Below are positions 19,018 to 27,810 of a DNA stretch of 64,000 bases, one piece after another. Location: the NCBI GenBank assembly GCA_038206385.1, contig JBBRAW010000006.1, forward strand, positions 2,440 through 66,439, in the 5' to 3' direction. Each line of letters begins with the position of its first letter. The first letter of the stretch is position 1. The stretch comes from Bacteroidia bacterium. Its GTDB lineage: Bacteria; Bacteroidota; Bacteroidia; AKYH767-A; OLB10. The position numbers and the translations under genes were made by a program. The notes beneath the pieces are model-generated. The model did not search any database, was not told the DNA's origin, and was given only the letters and a program-made list of their open reading frames with translations.

Positions 19018-19125
19018 TCAAATTTAAAAATATCTTGCAGAATATAAATCATTTTTACCAAATAAAAAAACTTGTTTAGTATTTCAATTAATGAAATAGT
19101 TTACAGAATTTAATTATTTTTCATA

Positions 19126-19836
19126 TTATATCATTGGAACTTCCATCAAAAGAAGTTGTGCATTCGTACTTGCTTTAATATCGAATTTTTCTATCTCTGT
19201 AAGTGCAATTGCATCTCGTTTCACTAATTTTTCTCCCACAATCTCTATCTCCCCATCAAGAACGAAAAGATATACTCCATTATTTTTCATTTGAAGATTA
19301 TATTGCAATGTTTTATTCTCATCTAAATCTGATAACATAAACCATGCATCTTGATTTATCCAAATTGGCTCAGCATCCTTTTCAGGACTCACAATTGTTT
19401 GCCATTTATTTTTTCTATCTTCTAATATAAAAGTTTTTTGTTCATAGCGCGGTTGAATATTTTCAACTTTTGGAAAAATCCAAATCTGTAAAAAATTTAC
19501 TGGCTCTGTAGCAGATGCATTCATTTCAGCATGTGTAATTCCACTTCCTGCACTCATAATTTGTACATCACCAGCATTGATAATTTCTGTACGGCCTGTA
19601 TTGTCGTTGTGTTTTAAGGCGCCATTTAATGGAATCGAGATGATCTCCATGTTTTCGTGTGGATGTGCACCAAATCCTCTTCCTGGAGCTACTACATCGT
19701 CGTTTAACACGCGCAAAACGCCAAAATGCATCCGTGAGGGATTATGGTATCCGGCAAAACTAAAAGTATGATAAGAATTTAACCAGCCAAGATTAGCGTT
19801 CCCTCTACTAGTGCCTCGATGAATAATTTGTTTCAT
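19126..19836 (-). CDS. pirin-family cupin protein
   Basis: N-terminal metal-binding 'GFGAHPHENMEII' (H-x-H...E) and a bicupin of about 236 aa. Confidence 0.9.
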   Translation of the reverse strand: MKQIIHRGTSRGNANLGWLNSYHTFSFAGYHNPSRMHFGVLRVLNDDVVAPGRGFGAHPHENMEIISIPLNGALKHNDNTGRTEIINAGDVQIMSAGSGITHAEMNASATEPVNFLQIWIFPKVENIQPRYEQKTFILEDRKNKWQTIVSPEKDAEPIWINQDAWFMLSDLDENKTLQYNLQMKNNGVYLFVLDGEIEIVGEKLVKRDAIALTEIEKFDIKASTNAQLLLMEVPMI

Positions 19837-19958
19837 TTTAATTTTTTTAGTTTACGAATAAATAAAATTTCTTTGAGAAATTATTTAACCGAATCTAATC
19901 TATCAAACATCATACAAATGTAAATACATTAATTGTATATACAACATTTTGTCATGCA

Positions 19959-20408
19959 CTAGCCTCGCAATTTATCTAGGATGCGATTAAGATCCTGGGC
20001 TTCAATTTTTTGTAGCGATTTGAATTGTTTAATCCAATCATCGCTATGGCTGTCAAGTTCTGCCAAAAGGTCAATGCCTTTTTGTGTAATAATAATATCT
20101 ACTTGTCGCCGATTGGATTTACAAATTTCTCGCTTTAACAATCCTTTTTGACGTAATTTTTCTACCAATCGAGTTGCATTGGAGTTACGATCTACCATTC
20201 GTTCGGTAATATCTGTAAGTCGAATTGGTTGCTGATTAGATCCTCTAAGAATTCGCAAAACATTAAATTGTTGTGGCGAAAGCCCGAATGGTTTGAGTGC
20301 TTGTATGTGCAACCCATCTATCCAGCTAGCAGTATACAAAATATTAACCGCAAGCTTAGTATATTCATTTGCAAATTTCTTTTGCTTAATGGCTTCTTCA
20401 ATTGTCAT
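19959..20408 (-). CDS. MarR-family transcriptional regulator
   Basis: Winged-HTH 'LSPQQFNVLRIL...IRLTDITERMVDRNSNATRLVEKL'. Confidence 0.85.
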   Translation of the reverse strand: MTIEEAIKQKKFANEYTKLAVNILYTASWIDGLHIQALKPFGLSPQQFNVLRILRGSNQQPIRLTDITERMVDRNSNATRLVEKLRQKGLLKREICKSNRRQVDIIITQKGIDLLAELDSHSDDWIKQFKSLQKIEAQDLNRILDKLRG

Positions 20409-20651
20409 TTAACAAAGATACGTACTCAATAATTGTATCAACAAGTTTTAAGGTATAAATATTTACCCTTTTAAATAAAGAATTTGGTTATACCCACACT
20501 AAAAAAAGCAAAAGATCGATGAATACTAAAAGTCAAAATATTTTTTTAGCATTTCTTTGCTGTACAGCTAGCAGAAATTTAGAATAAAAAATAAATGTAA
20601 CCCATACTAGAAGGAATATTGAATGCTTTTCAACATATAAAAATATGTTCT

Positions 20652-21299
20652 TTAAATTATTTTTTTTTCTTGAGCATACTTCATAAGTCCGATCAAACTT
20701 TTTGTTTGCGATTTTCGAAAAATATTTTTACGATGCGTTTCAACAGTTCGTTCCGAAATAAAAAGTTCTTTCGCAATTTTCTCATTACTGTATTCCATAG
20801 CAATTAGCTTAACAATTTCCACTTCCCGTTGAGTTAGTTTTGCTGCTGCCGGTTCATCTGCTCTTCGCTTTTTCTCCATGAGCGCCTTCGTAAGTTGCGA
20901 TGCTACTTCTGCACTAAAATAAACTTCTCCTTTCATGATTTTTAAAAGTGCTCCACGCAATTCTTCTTTCCCTGTATTTTTAATTACATATCCTGAAATC
21001 CCAGCATCCACCATTTCAGTAATCATTCCTTCCTCCCCCGACATTGATAGTGCTAATATCTTAACAGCTGGATAATTTTTTCTCACAATATTAGTGAGTT
21101 CAATTCCATTCATCTCTGGCATGTGAATATCAGTTATTATTATATCCGGAGAAATTTGCGCTAACTTTTCAATTACCTGAGAGCCACGAGTAAATTCTCC
21201 TATGATTTCAATTTGTTTATCGTTTTTTAATAATGCCTTAATACCATCTAACATAATTTGATGATCATCTACTAAAAATACTTTAATTTTATTTACCAT
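20652..21299 (-). CDS. NarL/LuxR-family response regulator
   Basis: REC domain ('VFLVDDHQIM...DIHMP...K') plus a C-terminal LuxR HTH ('LTQREVEIVKLIAMEYSNEKIAKELFISERTVETH'). Confidence 0.9.
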   Translation of the reverse strand: MVNKIKVFLVDDHQIMLDGIKALLKNDKQIEIIGEFTRGSQVIEKLAQISPDIIITDIHMPEMNGIELTNIVRKNYPAVKILALSMSGEEGMITEMVDAGISGYVIKNTGKEELRGALLKIMKGEVYFSAEVASQLTKALMEKKRRADEPAAAKLTQREVEIVKLIAMEYSNEKIAKELFISERTVETHRKNIFRKSQTKSLIGLMKYAQEKKII

Positions 21300-21311
21300 T
21301 GCATCAATTTA

Positions 21312-23186
21312 TTAGTTATCTAAAGGAACATTTAACGTTACTACAGTTCCATTCCCCACTTTTGAATCTATTTCTATTTGCCCATTTATCAATCGTATCC
21401 GCGATTGAATATTATACCAACCATTACCTTTTGCTGTTTGTAAAATCTTTACATCAAATCCTTGTCCATTATCTTCCATCATCATTGTCAGCATTTCCTT
21501 TTCCAAAATAAATTGAATCTGTACTTCTGTTGCATTCGCATATTTTAAAATATTCGTGATTAATTCTTGAGCAATTCTATAAAGATTAATTTCAATTTCT
21601 GATTTAACTCGTTCTATAAATCCATCTTCTAAAACTTCCATCTTCAAAATGCCTGTGGAATTAATACGATTTGACATTTCAATCAATGCGGCATATAATC
21701 CTGAATTTACTAATAACGAAGGCATCATATTATGAGATATTTCGCGTAGCTCCTTACAACTTCTATCTATTAATTCCAATGCTTGGTAAATTTGTGGTTG
21801 GCGTTGTGTTTCGTCAACTAATGCTGCAATATTTACTCGTGCAGCCGACAAGACTTGTCCTAATCCATCATGCAATTCAGCCGCTATGCGTTGACGTTCT
21901 TCTTCTTGAGATTCAATAATTGCTCGTAAACGAATTCGCTCTTGATTTTTAATTTCGTCGTTTAAAATCTGTTGTTGACGAAGTTTATTTCTATTATAGA
22001 ATAATCCAGCACTCATTACTAAAATAATCATTATTCCAGTTAACACACTCAGCTGAACTCTTTGCTGAGAAATATGCAATTCTTTTTCATTATTTCTTTT
22101 TAATAACAATACATTTTCCTTTTCTTTCTTCTCCGTTTCATAACGTGTTTGAATCTCTGCTATTTGCTCATTTCTTTTAAGATTAAAAAGACTATCATTA
22201 ATTACAGCGTATTTCTGCTGCAAAGTATACGCCTCCTTAAAATTATTTTCCTTTGCTGCAATTTCAGATAATTTTTTATAATTATAGGAAATAAGATTCG
22301 AAGAACTCATCTCTTGAGCGATGGTTAAACTTTTTTGGAAAAAACCGCTAGCATCTTTAGTATTTCCACTTGCCAAAGATGCTTCACCTAAGTTTACATA
22401 ACTATAGGCCATTGACTGTCTATCATGTAATAATTCTCTAATGGCTAATCCTCTTTTTAAGTTATATACAGACTGAGCAAATTCATTACGATATGCATGA
22501 ATTACGCCGATGTAATCGTAACTATAACCCATTCCGGTACTATCGCTAACCATTATGTAAATTGATAATGCTTTTTGATAATGCATCATTGCAGAATCTA
22601 AAACTCCTTTTGTTTCAAAAACAATTCCTAAATTATTATTTGAAGTTGCTAATCCTTTCAAATCATTAACCTCAGTACACAATTGCATTGCCTTAAGAAG
22701 ATATTTTTCCGCTGTATTATTGTCTCCATGTTGCCGCATCATATTCCCCATTTCATTGTAAACATCGGCTTGCCCCGACTTGTTTTTTAATTTTTCATAG
22801 AGATTGAGAGAAGTAATATATGCCTTTGATGCTAATTCATATTCACCTTTAAGATAATAAACTTGACCAAGAATTTTGCTCGCAACGGCTTGCCCTTTAT
22901 TGTAACCAATAGCTTTCGACCAAACAATACTGGAATCAAGAATATTTTTAGTATGTTCAAAATCTTTAAAATAAAGTATTTGAGCATAATTATTTAACAA
23001 ATTAATCTTTTGAGTATCTACAACATCTCGAATCTGTTTTTGCAAACTATCTGGCAATTGAAAAGATGGATTTCCTGCTAAAACGATGCAAAATAATACC
23101 TGAAAACAAATAAAAATTCTACAGAATTTACGAAACATAATGCTTTTAGATGTTTGGAGGGTAATCAGAACGAAACGAAGATACAA
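21312..23186 (-). CDS. TPR-repeat sensor histidine kinase (HisKA_3/HATPase, NarX-type)
   Basis: Signal/TM segment, about 8 TPR repeats, a TM helix, a coiled coil, H-box 'AAELHDGLGQ', then an ATPase domain. It is paired with the adjacent LuxR regulator. Confidence 0.85.
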   Translation of the reverse strand: MYLRFVLITLQTSKSIMFRKFCRIFICFQVLFCIVLAGNPSFQLPDSLQKQIRDVVDTQKINLLNNYAQILYFKDFEHTKNILDSSIVWSKAIGYNKGQAVASKILGQVYYLKGEYELASKAYITSLNLYEKLKNKSGQADVYNEMGNMMRQHGDNNTAEKYLLKAMQLCTEVNDLKGLATSNNNLGIVFETKGVLDSAMMHYQKALSIYIMVSDSTGMGYSYDYIGVIHAYRNEFAQSVYNLKRGLAIRELLHDRQSMAYSYVNLGEASLASGNTKDASGFFQKSLTIAQEMSSSNLISYNYKKLSEIAAKENNFKEAYTLQQKYAVINDSLFNLKRNEQIAEIQTRYETEKKEKENVLLLKRNNEKELHISQQRVQLSVLTGIMIILVMSAGLFYNRNKLRQQQILNDEIKNQERIRLRAIIESQEEERQRIAAELHDGLGQVLSAARVNIAALVDETQRQPQIYQALELIDRSCKELREISHNMMPSLLVNSGLYAALIEMSNRINSTGILKMEVLEDGFIERVKSEIEINLYRIAQELITNILKYANATEVQIQFILEKEMLTMMMEDNGQGFDVKILQTAKGNGWYNIQSRIRLINGQIEIDSKVGNGTVVTLNVPLDN

Positions 23187-23239
23187 ATGCTATTGCAGAT
23201 AAACTGAATGCTATTATCTTTAGCACATAAAATAATTCT

Positions 23240-24415
23240 ATGCCTCAATTCAAAGGAAATATTAAAAGCAAACTACCACAAGTTGGTACTACCATATTTG
23301 CGATTATGTCGGGCCTAGCAAATGAAGTAGGTGCAATTAATTTAAGTCAGGGATTTCCTGGTTTTGATGTTGCACCCGAACTTATTAGCTTAGTAAATAA
23401 ATACATGAAAAGGGGATTGAATCAGTATGCTCCAATGCCTGGTGTCCCCATATTACGTGAACGCCTTGCGGAGAAGATGGAAAAAATGTATTCCATTCGC
23501 TATAATCCAGAAACAGAAATAACAATAACTGCAGGTGGAACTCAAGCATTATATGCTGCAATTGCCGCCTTTATTACTGAAGGTGATGAAGTAATAATTT
23601 TCGAACCATGTTACGATAGTTATATTCCTGCAATTGAATTGGCGGGAGGAATTCCAGTACATGTACAGCTACAACTACCATTGTATGGTATTGATTGGAA
23701 TGAAGTAAAAAAATTAATTAATCATCGAACAAAGATGATCATGATTAATACTCCACAAAATCCTACTGGTACAATTTTAAGTGCAAGCGACTTACTTCAT
23801 CTAGAAAAACTTACTAATTCATCTGATATAATTGTTTTAAGTGATGAGGTTTACGAACACATTATTTTTGATGGATATGAACATCAAAGTGTAGCAATGT
23901 ATCCTAAACTCGCCGAACGAAGTTTAATCGTTTATTCGTTTGGCAAAACCTTTCATGCTACAGGATGGAAAAGTGGGTATTGTATTGGCCCAGAAAATTT
24001 AATGAAAGAATTTAGAAAGGTACATCAGTTTATGGTTTTTTCAGTCAATACTCCTCTACAACATGCATTAGCTGAATATCTTCTTGATGAAAATAATTAT
24101 AACGGATTAAGTAAATTTTATCAAGAGAAAAGAGATTATTTTCAGAGTCTATTAAAAGATTCAGCCTTTGAAATATTGCCTTGTTATGGTTCCTATTTTC
24201 AGCTCTTAGATTATTCCGCAATTACGATAGCTAAAGATACTGAGTTTGCAATAAGTCTTACAAAAGAACATGCAGTTGCTTCCATTCCAATTTCTGTTTT
24301 TTATAACAAACCAATTGATAATAAACTTTTACGATTCTGCTTTGCAAAAGAAAATGATCAGCTGGAAAAAGCCGCAGAATATTTATGCAAGATTAAACCT
24401 CACAACGAAAAATAA
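23240..24415 (+). CDS. class I/II PLP-dependent aminotransferase (YbdL/methionine aminotransferase-like)
   Basis: 'NLSQGFP' N-terminus and a PLP-lysine region 'YSFGKTFHATGWKSGY'. Confidence 0.85.
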   Translation: MPQFKGNIKSKLPQVGTTIFAIMSGLANEVGAINLSQGFPGFDVAPELISLVNKYMKRGLNQYAPMPGVPILRERLAEKMEKMYSIRYNPETEITITAGGTQALYAAIAAFITEGDEVIIFEPCYDSYIPAIELAGGIPVHVQLQLPLYGIDWNEVKKLINHRTKMIMINTPQNPTGTILSASDLLHLEKLTNSSDIIVLSDEVYEHIIFDGYEHQSVAMYPKLAERSLIVYSFGKTFHATGWKSGYCIGPENLMKEFRKVHQFMVFSVNTPLQHALAEYLLDENNYNGLSKFYQEKRDYFQSLLKDSAFEILPCYGSYFQLLDYSAITIAKDTEFAISLTKEHAVASIPISVFYNKPIDNKLLRFCFAKENDQLEKAAEYLCKIKPHNEK

Positions 24416-24417
24416 GT

Positions 24418-25221
24418 ATGGCAAAAGATTTACGAGTTACCCTTTTACAAACATCGATTGTTTGGGAAGATTCAATTAAAAATATCAAGCACATTAATAA
24501 ACAATTAAGTACCCTTGTACGAGATAGTACCGATGTAATTGTTTTGCCCGAAATGTTTAATACAGGCTTCACAATGAATGCAGAAAAATTAGCAGAAGAA
24601 GAAGGTGGATTAACGATGCAATGGATGAGCGAGGTATCTTCTTCTTTAAATGCTGTTGTGTGTGGCAGTATAATTATTAAAGAGAAAAATAATTTCTACA
24701 ATCGCTTTATTTGGATGAATCCAGATGGCAGTTTTCAAAAATATGATAAGCGTCACTTATTTCGAATGGGTGGAGAAGATAAAATATTTACTGCTGGAAA
24801 AGAAAATGTAGTGATAGAATGTAAGGGATGGATGATTTGTCCGCAGGTTTGTTATGATTTAAGATTCCCTGTTTGGAGTAGAAATAGAATTGAACAAGAT
24901 GGGAAAAATATTAGTTTTAACTATGACATTTTATTATATGTTGCTAGTTGGCCTAATGTAAGAAAATTCGCGTGGCAACAATTACTTATTGCGAGAGCAA
25001 TTGAAAATCAATCATACGTTGTTGGGGTGAATAGAATTGGGAAAGCGCTCAACGTTTTACATAATGGTGACTCCGTAATATTAGATCCTCTCGGGCAGAA
25101 AATTAGCAAAACCACAACAAAATCATCCATGGAAACTATAACATTATCAATGGAAAATTTGACTAATTTCAGAAAACAATTTCCAGTATTTTATGATGCT
25201 GATTCTTTTAAAATAGTATAA
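24418..25221 (+). CDS. carbon-nitrogen hydrolase (omega-amidase YafV-like)
   Basis: Nitrilase-superfamily E-K-C triad context ('LPEMF', 'KRHLF', 'CYDLRFP'). It is adjacent to the aminotransferase, as in the KMTB transamination/omega-amidase pairing. Confidence 0.85.
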   Translation: MAKDLRVTLLQTSIVWEDSIKNIKHINKQLSTLVRDSTDVIVLPEMFNTGFTMNAEKLAEEEGGLTMQWMSEVSSSLNAVVCGSIIIKEKNNFYNRFIWMNPDGSFQKYDKRHLFRMGGEDKIFTAGKENVVIECKGWMICPQVCYDLRFPVWSRNRIEQDGKNISFNYDILLYVASWPNVRKFAWQQLLIARAIENQSYVVGVNRIGKALNVLHNGDSVILDPLGQKISKTTTKSSMETITLSMENLTNFRKQFPVFYDADSFKIV

Positions 25222-25232
25222 ATTCAAATTAT

Positions 25233-26600
25233 TTATTTCAAACCGTATTGTGAAATCATCCAAACCAATGCGGTCATACTTGCAGCACCTAATTCTAATT
25301 CGCGATGATTTACTTTATCAAAAGTGTCAGTAGCTGCATGGTGATAATCGAAATAGCGTTGTGGATCTGGTTTAAATCCCATTAATAAAACACCTTGATC
25401 AGCAAGCGGATTTATATCGGCACCACCATAGCCAACTTCCCATTCGTGTAAACCATAAGGGACAAATAATTCTTTCCACTGCATTACCTTTTTCACTTGA
25501 AGCGAATCTCCTTTGAAATCAAATCCTCGAGGAGTAAATCCACCTTCATCACTTTCAAGTGCTGCGATAGGATGCTCGTGATTTAACTTTGATTGCTCTG
25601 CATATTTCTTACCACCCTTTAAACCATTTTCTTCATTCATAAATGCAACACAACGAATCGTACGTTTTGGTTGTAGATGTAATGCTTTGATTAAATTTAA
25701 AACTTCCATTGATTGAACAACGCCCGTTCCGTCATCTGTTGCACCTTGTGCGAGATCCCATGAATCGAGATGACCACCAACAATAATTATTTCATCAGGA
25801 AATTCTGTTCCTTTAATTTCTCCAATAACATTATATGATGGAACATCTTCGAGAGTAGTACAAGATTGACGCAAATAAAAATTTAATTTAGAATCATTTT
25901 TAAGCGCCTCACTCAATTTGTTCGCACCGAAAGTACTAATCGCACAAGTAGGTATTTTAGGAAGTGAATCTACATATCCCATTGCCCCTGTATGCGGATA
26001 ATCATCAACTGAAACATTCATGGAACGAACAACTACTGCGACTGCTCCTAACACTGCGGCTTTACTTGAAGTCGAATAACGATATTTAGCAGCTTCACCA
26101 TACGCTTCGAAAGGATTAATAAATTTAGGATTCATCAGGTGATTTATAAAAACAATCTTTCCCGAGATAATTTCTTTACCCAACTTCGTCATTTCTTCCC
26201 AATCATGCACTTCAATAACTTTAGCAGTTATGCCATTATTTCCAGTGCCAACACTTCCGCCTAACGCGCATACTTTTAAGATTTCTTTTTTACTATTACT
26301 TATAAACCACGCTTCTTCTTTATCCCCTCTTACCCAATGCGGCACCATTACATCTTGTTTGTAGGCATGATCAATTTCAAGTTTATCTAACTCGCTTTTA
26401 ACATAATCAACAGCTTTATTTGCATTTGCAGATCCCGTTAATCGAGGGCCTATATCATTGCAAATATGATCTAGCCAAGAGTATGCTTTACCATTTGCTA
26501 AAGCTTCTTCAAAAATTCCACGAATTACTAGTGAGTCGTTATTTTGAGCTGATAAAAAAAATGGAATTAAAAAAAAGTATAAAGTTAGTTGACGTTTCAT
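25233..26600 (-). CDS. secreted M28-family aminopeptidase
   Basis: Signal peptide, PA-like insert, and M28 Zn-ligand motifs ('HLDSWD', 'DDGTG', 'NEENGLKG'). Confidence 0.85.
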   Translation of the reverse strand: MKRQLTLYFFLIPFFLSAQNNDSLVIRGIFEEALANGKAYSWLDHICNDIGPRLTGSANANKAVDYVKSELDKLEIDHAYKQDVMVPHWVRGDKEEAWFISNSKKEILKVCALGGSVGTGNNGITAKVIEVHDWEEMTKLGKEIISGKIVFINHLMNPKFINPFEAYGEAAKYRYSTSSKAAVLGAVAVVVRSMNVSVDDYPHTGAMGYVDSLPKIPTCAISTFGANKLSEALKNDSKLNFYLRQSCTTLEDVPSYNVIGEIKGTEFPDEIIIVGGHLDSWDLAQGATDDGTGVVQSMEVLNLIKALHLQPKRTIRCVAFMNEENGLKGGKKYAEQSKLNHEHPIAALESDEGGFTPRGFDFKGDSLQVKKVMQWKELFVPYGLHEWEVGYGGADINPLADQGVLLMGFKPDPQRYFDYHHAATDTFDKVNHRELELGAASMTALVWMISQYGLK

Positions 26601-26718
26601 TTATTGCGATTATAGATCAAATGTAGTATAACATTAATAATTACCAAAGTAATTGCAAAATTTACATCATAATATATTAAATCATTAGTAAAAACAGTAC
26701 TAATTCCTTTAAAAAAAA

Positions 26719-27807
26719 TTAAGTTGTTCGAACAGATTTTTGATTAATTCTTCCTCCCAATTTACCATAAATAAATGCCAATTTCGTCATGACCAAAGTG
26801 TTAATCGTTATCATACCAAGACAAATACTCATCAATAAAAATAAATTGATATTCATATTTCTGAATAAGATAGCGAATGAAATTATCATTAAATTAATTG
26901 CAACTATAATTGTTGTTGTCACTCTTTGTCCAAAACCTTGTGCTACTATCATGTGATGTACGTGATTTCTGTCTGCTTGCAGAGGAGAATTTCCTGTTAA
27001 GATGCGAATAACACATACGCGAATTACATCATATAAAGGAACAAATAATACTGCTGCAATAAGTGCTGGACTTACAAAATTCGCTTTTACATTGGGAATT
27101 TCTTTTATATCCAAAAGGTTAATCGCCAAAGTAGAAAGAAAAAACCCAATAATCAAAGACCCTGTATCACCCATGAATATTTTAGCAGGATGAAAATTGA
27201 ATTTTAAAAACCCTATAAGTGCTCCTGACATACAAAATGAAAGGATAGCATAATCAATATATTTAAATTGATAAAATAATCCTCCAAAAATCAATGATGA
27301 CATTAACCCTAAACTTCCTGCTAATCCATCAATACCATCAACAAGATTATATGCATTTGTAATACTAACTATAAATAAAATTGTTATAGTATATTGTAAC
27401 CAAATTGGTATTTCATAGATTCCTAATATTCCATACAAATTATTAATTCTTATTCCACCATAAGCAACAACAGCAGATGCAATAATTTGCAATACCAATT
27501 TTTTCTTTGCATTCATATCTAATAAATCATCAAAGAACCCAGTGAAAAAAAGTATTAATGATGCAGCAATTAGAAATTGAATAGTGTGCTCTGAAATCTG
27601 TTGACCTAAAAATAAATATGAAATTAAAATTCCAGCAAATATTGCTAGTCCTCCCATTGTAGGAATACTTTCTTTATGAACTTTTCGTTCATCAGTCTTT
27701 TCAAATAAATTCCATTTTTTACATACTTTAATCCATGAAGGAATTATAGTAAGAGTGATGGCAAAGGAAAATAAACTTGGTAAAATTATGGCTAATACAA
27801 AATTCAT
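26719..27807 (-). CDS. WecA/MraY-family undecaprenyl-phosphate sugar-1-phosphate transferase (initiating glycosyltransferase)
   Basis: Ten or more TM helices and the 'NAYNLVDGIDGLAGS' signature of Glycos_transf_4. Confidence 0.85.
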   Translation of the reverse strand: MNFVLAIILPSLFSFAITLTIIPSWIKVCKKWNLFEKTDERKVHKESIPTMGGLAIFAGILISYLFLGQQISEHTIQFLIAASLILFFTGFFDDLLDMNAKKKLVLQIIASAVVAYGGIRINNLYGILGIYEIPIWLQYTITILFIVSITNAYNLVDGIDGLAGSLGLMSSLIFGGLFYQFKYIDYAILSFCMSGALIGFLKFNFHPAKIFMGDTGSLIIGFFLSTLAINLLDIKEIPNVKANFVSPALIAAVLFVPLYDVIRVCVIRILTGNSPLQADRNHVHHMIVAQGFGQRVTTTIIVAINLMIISFAILFRNMNINLFLLMSICLGMITINTLVMTKLAFIYGKLGGRINQKSVRTT

Positions 27808-27810
27808 AGT

